IMG/VR virus record: IMGVR_UViG_3300010430_000045
Location: 1 to 57,062 of that record
Length of the DNA: 57,062 bases
Direction: 5' to 3' (one strand)
DNA from: a virus
Under the pieces are notes generated by a model, which was not told where the DNA came from, ran no database searches, and saw only the letters and a program-made list of their open reading frames with translations. Numbering within the stretch: position 1 is the stretch's first letter; every line of letters starts with the position of its first letter. The translations under genes were made by a program, and so were the position numbers. Shown piece after piece: positions 7,926 through 15,308 of the stretch.

Positions 7926-8590
7926 CAGGGAACCTCCATCAGGTCGAGGGCGAGCTGGCCCACGTGTCGCCACACGTCTCGCGGATGAACCCAGAACGTC
8001 TCGGTGCCACCGTTCGAGGGCGTGCCCCAGATGAACCAGCAGCAGGTTGCCGAGTCCGTCGAACCCTTGAAGCTGCCGGAGGGCAACCCGAAGGTCGGAC
8101 GTGGGATCCAGATCATCCTCGACGGGGGGTCGAGGTCAAAGAGGCTGGCCCGTCCTTCCCAGGGTTCGCGCTCCTCGAGGCACGGCTCGCCCCACGTGCA
8201 CCGCAGCAGGACTGCCACCCGTGTGCACTCGGCCAACAACCGACGGACGATTGCGGTCCCCTGGTTGAAGGGCGGGTTCGTGATCCCCCAGTCCCAGCCG
8301 CCCGACTTCGGTGGCGAAGCGTAGTCCCACGTGTAGTGGTGACCGTAGCGCTCGACCATTTCAGGGTCGATGTCGCCCGTGTTCACGAGCAGCCCTTTGC
8401 TGCGCAACACGGACGTGATGCCATTGGCTCCGGCGCACGGCTCGAGGATGGTATCGGTCGGCTTCGGACCGAGCTCGCCCAGGTTTTCTAGCAGTGCGAG
8501 CGTCGGCCACGGTGGAGTCCAAAACTGGTCGAGGTCCTTAACCTCGCACTCCGCACCAGCCGGTGCGAGCTCGAAGGGCTGGTCAGCCAT
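7925..8590 (-). CDS. N6-adenine DNA methyltransferase (orphan, gamma-type motif order)
   Basis: Track ORF 7925..8863(-). I chose the internal ATG at 8590 (MADQPFEL...), giving 221 aa. Motifs are FWTPP, the SAM-binding ILEPCAGANG and the catalytic ITNPPF. No restriction endonuclease partner is present. Confidence 0.75.
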   Translation of the reverse strand: MADQPFELAPAGAECEVKDLDQFWTPPWPTLALLENLGELGPKPTDTILEPCAGANGITSVLRSKGLLVNTGDIDPEMVERYGHHYTWDYASPPKSGGWDWGITNPPFNQGTAIVRRLLAECTRVAVLLRCTWGEPCLEEREPWEGRASLFDLDPPSRMIWIPRPTFGLPSGSFKGSTDSATCCWFIWGTPSNGGTETFWVHPRDVWRHVGQLALDLMEVP

Positions 8591-9035
8591 TCTTGCCACC
8601 CTCAGTGCACGATGGGCAATAGCCGTCAGTCTCCATGTGCCCGCCCTTCGAGACGATGCGCACCGTGCCCGTGCCTCCACAATCCACGCACACGCAATCC
8701 GGGCAGACTGACTGTAGGGCGTTGCACGCCATGCATCCACGCTGCTCGGCGATGTCCGACTCCAGCATTCGCCCGAGGCGAGACAAGTGAATCGCAGCGC
8801 GGGCGATGGAGCCCATGCACTGGTCGAGCTCGGCCTGTTGCCTGAGTGACAACGGGACGCCATTCATCGTGTCGTCCGAGTCGAGTTCTCGGAGGCTGTT
8901 CCGGACAGCGATGAGCTGAAGGCGGTGACCGTTCATGCGGAGCACGCGCGCGGTCTGCGGGTCCGCTATCTTCTCCTCGCGCGGGTCAGGCGTGATCGCT
9001 TGCGTGAGCATTTCTCGTGGGATGTTCAGATCCAT
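8583..9035 (-). CDS. DnaJ-type zinc-finger protein (four CxxC pairs)
   Basis: Track ORF 8583..9122(-). I chose the ATG at 9035 (MDLNIPREM...), which has GGAGGG upstream. The C-terminus carries CMAC...CPDC.CVDCGGTG...CPSC, and CVDCGGTG fits the DnaJ CxxCxGxG repeat. Confidence 0.55.
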   Translation of the reverse strand: MDLNIPREMLTQAITPDPREEKIADPQTARVLRMNGHRLQLIAVRNSLRELDSDDTMNGVPLSLRQQAELDQCMGSIARAAIHLSRLGRMLESDIAEQRGCMACNALQSVCPDCVCVDCGGTGTVRIVSKGGHMETDGYCPSCTEGGKNG

Positions 9036-9364
9036 TTCTCGTTGCCCTCCTCGATCACGCGCTCGATGTACTTGCTGAACGGGATGCTTCCGAGGCGGCT
9101 GAAGTCTTCGAGGTACGACCACGCCGGGATCGGCCTGGAGGTCACGGCACCCACGTCATCGCTGACGAGGTGCTCGGGGTCGCACGCCAGGACCCAGGCC
9201 ACGGAGGCGAGGATGTCGATGCCCGAGAACTCGCCATTGCGGTACCGACGCCAGGTGTGTTTCGCCCAGCCGGTCCGCCTCATGACCTCCTCGTCCGACC
9301 AGTGGCCGGTGACCGAGTGTTCGAGCATGGCGGCTCGGATTGCTACGTTGCGTTTGATGTTCAT
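9026..9364 (-). CDS. Putative helix-turn-helix DNA-binding protein
   Basis: Track ORF of 112 aa with AGGAG 5 nt upstream of the ATG. The N-terminal NIKRNVAIRAAMLEHSVTGHWSDEEVMRRTGWAKHTWRRYRNGE resembles an XRE-like HTH. Confidence 0.45.
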   Translation of the reverse strand: MNIKRNVAIRAAMLEHSVTGHWSDEEVMRRTGWAKHTWRRYRNGEFSGIDILASVAWVLACDPEHLVSDDVGAVTSRPIPAWSYLEDFSRLGSIPFSKYIERVIEEGNEKWI

Positions 9365-9437
9365 GCGGTCTCCTGTGTTGCTGGTGGACGTGCGACGACC
9401 GCCACGTACAACCCCGTGGCACCCAGCGGCCGTCAGC

Positions 9438-11177
9438 TTATTCTGGTCGAGCAGCCCCGATCGCCATCGTCGCGAGCTCGCTCATGTTCTCGAAGTTGTC
9501 GGTAGTCAGGACCTGTACCGCCTCTCGGGCGAGTCCGTTGTTCGGGTGGCCGTGGCCGATGTGGATGTAGTGAAGCTGTGACCCTTCGGGGAGGTACTCG
9601 AGACCGTCGCCGATCTCGCACTCGCCATCGGTGATGAACAGCACATCCGTCTTGGCGTCCATATACTCCGCCGCCACACGTAGGGCGCTCACGAAGTCAG
9701 TGCCGCCGCGAGCGCTCACCGAGGCCACGTCCCTGATCGTCTTGACCCGATCCCCAGGAGTGCCGAGGGCAACAGGGACGAGGAACGCATGGCTGTTGAA
9801 CTCGACGAGGTGGATATCTCGGCCGTGGATCGTAGCCGTTTGCATGGCAGCGATGGCGAACGCCTTGGCGGCCATCAGCCTCTCGTCTCGCATCGAGCTC
9901 GACGTGTCCATGCAGACCACGAACGGACCATGGGCCTTCGGCTCTTTGGACCTCACGTCGTAGCACAGCGTTTGCTTCTGCATGAAGCGGTACATCGTTT
10001 GTAGCTTCGTCGCGGGGTGGGCCAACCGCATCCGCTCGGACGGAAGCAGGCGCCGGAGGTCGTTGTCAGGCGTGATGGAATATGGGGTCGTCCCGCGACC
10101 GCCGTACTCGTTGTCTTCGATCGCCTTGAACGACCGCATCAGCCTCCCGACCCGCTCCATCAGCTCACGCATCCCGCGGTCTTTGGCGAGGAGGTCAGCC
10201 AACGCCATGGCCTCGGCCGGGTTCGCATCGGTACCTCGTTGGGCGGCCTCGCTACCCCAGGCGAAGCTCATCGCCGATTCGGCCTGGTCGAGGGCGTTGT
10301 GGGCTTCCTGTAGTCCCTGGGCCAGTGAGGCACGCATCCTGGCTTTGTCGCTCGCCGAGAGGTCGCCCGCTGGGTCCGGCTGCCCATTGGCATCGCCCTG
10401 GGGTTGCTGGTCTCCTCCGCTGCCTCCGGGGCTTCCAGGGTCACCCGGTTCGGTGGGCGGAGGCGTGGGCTCCGGCTCGGGGAATTCGCCGATGGCTGGA
10501 GCGACCACGTGCTCGGCAAGGTGGCGGGCGCACACGGTTGCCATCGCCGCGTCACGCCGGCAGCGCTCCTGGAGCTTCTGCCACTCGGGAAGCTGGTCGA
10601 GCTGCTCGTGGAGTGTCGACCGAGCCGGGCTCGTGTCGTCCTTCGCTTCCTGGCGCTCGGCCGTGGGTTCGTACAACCGACCCCAGAGCTCGTTGGTCAT
10701 CCGCCCCTCGTCCTCGGTAGCGAAGCGCTGCTCGAAGGCGAGGTCGATGATCTGCTGGGCGGACGACATGGATTGGTAGCGGTCCGTCGCCAGCCGGCTC
10801 ATCGCCCGAGTCACGCGCGAGAGGTTGAACAGGAGGTCGCCGTACGAGTTCGCATCCCGCATCCGCTGGACGTTGCTCCGTCGTGCCTTGCGGGCAGCAA
10901 CCCGGAGGTCCGTCAGCTTCTGTTGCGTGGCGACCACATCGTCTCGGACGTAGACGTAACCCTTCTTGATCCGTATCTCGACGATCCGCTGGGCGACCAG
11001 CTTCGCCTTGTGCTCGGTCGACACTGACTGCGTCTTCGTTTGGCCGGCGGAGCCGTTTCGTCCCCAGCGCTGCTCGACGACCCAGAGCCCGGTGGTCGGG
11101 TCGAAGCGCGTGGCCACGTCGTAGAACTTGTCCGTGTTCGTGGCGGGGTCGATCTTTTGGAGTCGGATGTTCGTCAT
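9438..11177 (-). CDS. WGR-domain / von Willebrand factor A (VWA, CoxE-like) fusion protein
   Basis: Track ORF of 579 aa with GGGAGGG upstream of the ATG. The N-terminal WGR domain is NTDKFYDV...VVEQRWGRNGSAGQTKT...RIKKGYVYV. A Pro/Gly-rich linker follows. The C-terminal VWA has the MIDAS motif FVVCMDTSSSM (nt 9908-9894) plus GGTDF and VLFITDGE. Confidence 0.8.
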   Translation of the reverse strand: MTNIRLQKIDPATNTDKFYDVATRFDPTTGLWVVEQRWGRNGSAGQTKTQSVSTEHKAKLVAQRIVEIRIKKGYVYVRDDVVATQQKLTDLRVAARKARRSNVQRMRDANSYGDLLFNLSRVTRAMSRLATDRYQSMSSAQQIIDLAFEQRFATEDEGRMTNELWGRLYEPTAERQEAKDDTSPARSTLHEQLDQLPEWQKLQERCRRDAAMATVCARHLAEHVVAPAIGEFPEPEPTPPPTEPGDPGSPGGSGGDQQPQGDANGQPDPAGDLSASDKARMRASLAQGLQEAHNALDQAESAMSFAWGSEAAQRGTDANPAEAMALADLLAKDRGMRELMERVGRLMRSFKAIEDNEYGGRGTTPYSITPDNDLRRLLPSERMRLAHPATKLQTMYRFMQKQTLCYDVRSKEPKAHGPFVVCMDTSSSMRDERLMAAKAFAIAAMQTATIHGRDIHLVEFNSHAFLVPVALGTPGDRVKTIRDVASVSARGGTDFVSALRVAAEYMDAKTDVLFITDGECEIGDGLEYLPEGSQLHYIHIGHGHPNNGLAREAVQVLTTDNFENMSELATMAIGAARPE

Positions 11178-11203
11178 GGTTCAGCCCTCCCGTTGCGTGT
11201 GAC

Positions 11204-12367
11204 TCACAGGCTCAGTGCAGCGTGCATCTCGGCCATCATCTCGGCGCGGACTTCCTTCAGCCTCGCGATGACACGCCGAACCTCGTCGTGGTCCACCGTC
11301 TTCGGGTCACGGTCGAGCCGCTCCAGCTCTTTGATATTCGCGTTCACGGTCTTGATCAGGTCGTGCATCACGTTTGGTCGGTCGGCGCTGGACCGCGGGA
11401 GGTTACTGAAGGTCGCCAGGGTATCCTCGATCTCGGCCTCGATGTTGAGTGCCACCGCGGTCTCGGGCGCGCCGGATTGCATCACGGCATCGGCCACGGC
11501 CTCACGTTGCTCGGGCGTGCCCCAGAGGACATGTCGCAGCACCTTCAGGTGAGCGAACTTGATGGCATCGTCGCCGCAAACGACCGCGTACCCAGCCAGG
11601 GCCTTGCTGGCTTTGTACCAGCGCCGCGAGGAGACGTGCACGCCGTTGATGACCAGGCGGCTGCGGATGTCCAGGAGGGCGTTGATGATGCCGTCGCTTA
11701 TGTTCTCGTGGAGCTTCACGCACTTGTCTTCAAGCTCCGTGAGGTCCGCCGCGCTGAGCACAGGCGCGCTCGGTCCGGGGAGCGAGTTACGGATGATCGC
11801 CTTGAAGGTGGAGTCGGCCTGCGGTTGCTGGATCTCCAGCCGGAGCACGAAGCGATCCCACAATGGGAGCAGGGACTCGTCGTCGCCGGAACGGTCGAGG
11901 GAGTCGATGGAGCGAGGCCACTCGTTCGAGAGTCCGACCAGCGTCCTGAGCTTGCACGGGATGCCATCGACGACCCGCTCGTTCATCATGCCCAGCAGCG
12001 AGTTCAGCATGGGCGAGTTCGCCTTGAACACTTCGTCGAGAACGACGAGCTCGGCTTCCGGCGCACGGCCAACCGTCCGGCGCTCGTAGATGTCCTGCTG
12101 GAGCTTCGCCAGACTGTGATGGCCGAGCACCTCGTCCGGAGCCGAGAAACGACTCAGCAGGTGGTAGAACAGGTCGCCCGGGATGTAGTGAGCCAGCCGC
12201 TCGGCCAGGAACGTCTTGCCCTCACCCTGCGGCCCGACGAGTGCGACGTGGTCGTTCATCACGACAGCGGTGAGGCACAGGTCGATGGCTTCGGACTGGT
12301 CGAGGACCTGGAGGTTCAGGTCGGCCCGGATTCCGGCGAGCTTCTGAGGTGCGATTGAGGTTGCCAT
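11204..12367 (-). CDS. MoxR/CbbQ/CobS-type AAA+ ATPase
   Basis: Track ORF of 387 aa with GGAG 6 nt upstream. Walker A is VALVGPQGEGKTFLAERL and Walker B is ELVVLDEVFKANSPMLNSLLGMMNER. It has a single AAA+ module and lies immediately upstream of its VWA partner. Confidence 0.8.
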   Translation of the reverse strand: MATSIAPQKLAGIRADLNLQVLDQSEAIDLCLTAVVMNDHVALVGPQGEGKTFLAERLAHYIPGDLFYHLLSRFSAPDEVLGHHSLAKLQQDIYERRTVGRAPEAELVVLDEVFKANSPMLNSLLGMMNERVVDGIPCKLRTLVGLSNEWPRSIDSLDRSGDDESLLPLWDRFVLRLEIQQPQADSTFKAIIRNSLPGPSAPVLSAADLTELEDKCVKLHENISDGIINALLDIRSRLVINGVHVSSRRWYKASKALAGYAVVCGDDAIKFAHLKVLRHVLWGTPEQREAVADAVMQSGAPETAVALNIEAEIEDTLATFSNLPRSSADRPNVMHDLIKTVNANIKELERLDRDPKTVDHDEVRRVIARLKEVRAEMMAEMHAALSL

Positions 12368-12408
12368 GATCGTCTCCGTTCTCGGGGTTAGCTGGCGCGT
12401 GGCCAGGC

Positions 12409-12425
12409 TGAGCCAGCGTGGCTCA
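12409..12425 (-). other. Perfect 7-bp hairpin in the intergenic spacer between the 498-aa orphan gene and the AAA+ gene
   Basis: TGAGCCA-gcg-TGGCTCA. It overlaps an alternative pairing, GCTGGC(12391-96)/GCCAGC(12412-17). GCGTGGC also occurs twice (12396, 12416). Confidence 0.4.
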
Positions 12426-12471
12426 CGGAGGCCGGTGGAGTATGCACCCCATCGGCTACCGTGAAGCTACG

Positions 12472-13968
12472 TCAGCCTTGGACGGCTCCCAGCACGGAGT
12501 CGATCACCGCCGCTTGGCTGGGGAGGTGACTCGAGCCGAAGGTCACGCCCTCGGCCTTGACCTCCCAGGCGTACCCGTGCTCGTCCTTCGTGATGATGAC
12601 CCGGCCGGCGATCCCGACCCCGCTCCCCTTTGCGTCCTTGGCCGCAGCCCGGAGCTGACTCGGAGTCGGGAGGCTGAAGTCTTCGACATCAGCGAGGCAC
12701 GTGGCGGGCTCAGGTCCGACCTCGGTCTCGGGCTCGACCAGGGGCGACTCCATCAGCTCGGCCATCAACTCAGCCCGGATGCGCTCACGCTCGGCTGCCA
12801 TCTCGGCCTTGACCTCCTCGCGGATTCGCTGGCGCTCGGCCTCAGCGTCGAAGGCAGGTTTCTTCTCGCGCTTCGTCGTCTTCTTGGCCGCCTTCGCCTC
12901 TTTGCGCTCGTTGATGACGTCGGTCAGGTGGGTCTCGACTTGCGTGATGCGCTCCCGGAGGTGGTCAGCCTTGAACTCGACGAGGTCAGCGTAGACGTTG
13001 GCCGTTTCCATCACGTTCTTGATGTGCCCGAGCTTCGAGGCCAGCGCGGACGCCCTGCTGATCTCCTCGATGGACTTCATCTGCTCCTCGAGCTCGGCGA
13101 TCTTCGAGCCCAGCGTTTCGTTGGCCCCGGCCTGAATCGCCTTGATCGTCCCCTCTTTGGCGAACTGCGGGATCAGGTACAACGTGTTGTCTCCGACGCG
13201 CTCGACGAGCTCGCCCAGAAGCCGCATGAGGTGGGCTGGGTTCTCGTCTCCTCGTGCCTCGATGTTCGGGACGAAGTAGATACCGCCCGTGGCGCGGAGG
13301 TTCAGGATGTGCATCTCACCCGCATACAGCAGGCGCCGGATCAGCCCGTGAATCCTGCTGTTGTCCACCTTGCCACCCTCGTTCCGGATGCGCTCGCACG
13401 CGGACGAGATCAGCTTCCCGGTGACCTGTACGTCGTGGGGCGTGACCTCTTTGTAAGTGCTGGCGTAGCCCGTGACCTCCATGCGAGCGAGGTACGCGTC
13501 GTCCGCCTCGTCCCTGAGCCTCGCCTCGTTCATGAACTTCCAGCTGACCTCCAGGGACTTGTTGTCGAGCTCGACGATGGCGAGCTGAGCCAGAGAGTGC
13601 GAGCGCTTCCCGGTGGCCTTGCCAACGTGGACAGCGTAGCGGGCGATGTCGCCATCCTCGGGAAGCTCGAGGCAGAACACCTTGCGGCTGTTGTCCTTCG
13701 CCTCGTCCTTCGTGTAGCGATGATTGATGGCGCGGAGTCGGCGGCGGAACACGGTGCCGTGCTCGACGCCCGTGACCTCCCAGCCCGAGAACGCCTCGAC
13801 CTTGATGGCATCCAGGGCATCGTTGACCACGTCGGCCTCGATGTAAGTGCTGGCGAGCGTGTGGTAGGCGATGTAACCGATCATCTCCTGGTCGGGAGTG
13901 GAGGCGAGCTCGGCAGTCGCGTTCGAGGTCTCGATGGTGGAGGTGGGGGCGTTGGTAGCGTTCGTCAT
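12472..13968 (-). CDS. Large hypothetical protein (globular N-domain + charged coiled coil)
   Basis: Track ORF 12472..14070(-) starts at a TTG. I prefer the ATG at 13968 (MTNATNAP...), which has AAGGA upstream and gives 498 aa. It contains ...LRATGGIYFVPNIEARG... and a Lys/Glu/Arg-rich coiled coil (EAKAAKKTTKREKK...ERQRIREEVKAEMAAERERIRAEL). I recognise no family. Confidence 0.6.
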   Translation of the reverse strand: MTNATNAPTSTIETSNATAELASTPDQEMIGYIAYHTLASTYIEADVVNDALDAIKVEAFSGWEVTGVEHGTVFRRRLRAINHRYTKDEAKDNSRKVFCLELPEDGDIARYAVHVGKATGKRSHSLAQLAIVELDNKSLEVSWKFMNEARLRDEADDAYLARMEVTGYASTYKEVTPHDVQVTGKLISSACERIRNEGGKVDNSRIHGLIRRLLYAGEMHILNLRATGGIYFVPNIEARGDENPAHLMRLLGELVERVGDNTLYLIPQFAKEGTIKAIQAGANETLGSKIAELEEQMKSIEEISRASALASKLGHIKNVMETANVYADLVEFKADHLRERITQVETHLTDVINERKEAKAAKKTTKREKKPAFDAEAERQRIREEVKAEMAAERERIRAELMAELMESPLVEPETEVGPEPATCLADVEDFSLPTPSQLRAAAKDAKGSGVGIAGRVIITKDEHGYAWEVKAEGVTFGSSHLPSQAAVIDSVLGAVQG

Positions 13969-14066
13969 GGTGTCATCCTTGTCGCCCGTGGCGACGGTTG
14001 GGGTTGATGGTGCGAAGTGCACCAGGGAGGGGGCGAGAGTATGTGCTCGCCCCGAACCCGGTGGAC

Positions 14067-14807
14067 TCAACGCCAGAGGTTCTCGTCAGCAGCGATGGCG
14101 GCCGCCGCCCCGTGCCTCGCCTTGATGGCGACGCGGGCGGAGCACAGCAGCATGTTGGAGCTACGGAGCTTCGCATCAAAGAAGCCCGTCTGCGGGTTGG
14201 TCTCGATGTCGATCAGGATGGGGCCGTCGATGCCGCGCATCTCCAACAGCCCAGCGCCATTCTCGATGGCGGTCATCGCCTTCAGCTCGAAGCTCAGGTG
14301 CTCCTCGTGGTGACTGGCCGTAACATCCAGGCCCCTCGCTGTGTTCTGGATGATGTCGTACAACGCGGTCGATGCCTTGTCGCACCAGAAGCGCCACTCG
14401 TCCACGCCTTTCTCGTACTCACGCCTGAGGTGCTCGAGCTCGTTGGCGTTGTGGCACTGGACCTCGTCCATCAAGCACGAGGGGCAGAGGGGCCAGTAAC
14501 CTTCCTCGTCACACTCTTCGCAATGGGGATCTTCGTCGAGGACGAGGAAGCGTTGCCCGCGGGCGTTCTCTTCAAGGGTAAGGCCGTGCTCGGTGGCGAG
14601 CTCGATGATGGAGGCGGCCGAGGTGCAAACGATGGTGCCGCGACCGAGGCTCCACTTGCGCCCGGACTCGGGGAGGTGGGCGGCGCGGGAGGAGTGTCGG
14701 AGGCCGTCGATGACTTTAGAGATAGATTCGCGCCCGCCCTCCTGGGCCACGAGGGAGCGGATGTCAGCAGCGAGGTCGGACTGGATGCGGGTGGAAGCGT
14801 TGTTCAT
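14067..14807 (-). CDS. Hypothetical protein, first gene of the leftward operon
   Basis: Track ORF of 246 aa with a strong SD (GAAGGAGA) 6 nt upstream of the ATG at 14807. It carries the Cys cluster CEECDEEGYWPLCPSC. Confidence 0.65.
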   Translation of the reverse strand: MNNASTRIQSDLAADIRSLVAQEGGRESISKVIDGLRHSSRAAHLPESGRKWSLGRGTIVCTSAASIIELATEHGLTLEENARGQRFLVLDEDPHCEECDEEGYWPLCPSCLMDEVQCHNANELEHLRREYEKGVDEWRFWCDKASTALYDIIQNTARGLDVTASHHEEHLSFELKAMTAIENGAGLLEMRGIDGPILIDIETNPQTGFFDAKLRSSNMLLCSARVAIKARHGAAAAIAADENLWR

Positions 14808-14861
14808 CGTGTCTCCTTCAGACTCGGGGTTGGTCGCCCAATCGACAACTTGGGTCGCTCA

Positions 14862-14891
14862 ATTTATGGGGCCTGGCGTGTTCAAAGTCAA
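14862..14891 (-). promoter_or_regulatory. Candidate sigma70-like promoter for the leftward operon
   Basis: The minus strand reads TTGACT (14891-14886), an 18-nt spacer, then ATAAAT (14867-14862). This lies about 55 nt upstream of the ATG at 14807 in the AT-rich control region. It is a motif match only. Confidence 0.35.
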
Positions 14892-15003
14892 CATAGAAAT
14901 GTAAATCAGTTACAATCAGTCAGAAACACGCCTTTTCTCAACACGTTGGCTGGACGTCGTCAGCGGCGGGGTCGTGTGTGCACTGTCCCACATTTCAGCA
15001 ACC

Positions 15004-15108
15004 TGCGGGAACCTCGGCTGATTGCTGTGTGTTACGGGAATCTGTAAATGCTGTGTACTACGGGATCCTGATATTCCCGTATGTAGAATCTCGAGCTCGT
15101 AGGATCTC
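15004..15108. repeat. Array of degenerate operator/iteron-like repeats in the divergent control region
   Basis: T(A/G)CGGGAAyCT-like copies occur at 15004-14, 15033-43 and 15059-69. A 20-mer, ctgtgtgttacgggaatctg (15025-44), matches ctgtgtactacgggatcctg (15051-70) at 16 of 20 positions. An inverted copy, ATTCCCGTA, lies at 15073-81. GTAGrATCTC occurs at 15083-92 and 15099-108, and CTCGTA occurs three times. Confidence 0.7.
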
Positions 15109-15146
15109 TCCTCGTAGCTCATACAAAGTATCTCGTATATCCCCCC

Positions 15147-15152
15147 TATAAT
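15147..15152 (+). promoter_or_regulatory. Perfect TATAAT hexamer (possible -10 for the rightward operon)
   Basis: The sequence is ccccccTATAATcccccc. No convincing -35 element lies 16-18 nt upstream, so this is weak. Confidence 0.25.
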
Positions 15153-15308
15153 CCCCCCAGACCCACCCGGACCGAACCCGCTTGCGGACCTCGCGCCTGG
15201 TCGGCTAGACTCGCCCGCGAAGGAGGATGAAGGAGTTCGCCAGCCGCTGTGCTCCGACCTCCCCGAAAACCCACCCGCCGCGTAGCGGCGCACACGGAGG
15301 TCACGCAC

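Noticed and set aside
12472-13968. The 498-aa orphan protein as the missing DNA polymerase or as a known MoxR-system partner
   Set aside because: I could see no polymerase (DxD, SLYPS, KxY), PrimPol or nuclease motifs. The ATGGIYFVP motif seemed vaguely familiar, but I cannot assign it to a named family without a search, so the protein is left as hypothetical.
12418-14007. A 529-aa plus-strand ORF mirroring the 498-aa leftward gene. Similar mirror ORFs are 2659..3876(+), 15761..16849(-), 16786..17862(-), 18000..19136(-), 28785..30545(-), 32647..34287(-), 35616..36833(-), 37976..39223(-), 40511..42280(-), 44282..45394(-), 45631..46644(-), 47229..48302(-), 50851..52302(-), 52764..53831(-) and 55283..56305(-)
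   Set aside because: Each lies antisense to a gene with recognisable domains (primase-helicase, UXS, rSAM, portal/MuF, capsid, sheath, tape measure, baseplate J and others). All have low-complexity R/G/D/H/V-rich translations and break the otherwise strict operon polarity. I treat them as GC-driven artefacts.
15227-15300. A short upstream ORF starting at the ATG at 15227, right after GAAGGAGG, as a leader peptide or as the true ParB start
   Set aside because: The ATG abuts the SD with zero spacing. The frame differs from the ParB frame and runs into it with falling third-position GC. I kept it only as part of the GGA-rich leader noted under the CsrA finding.
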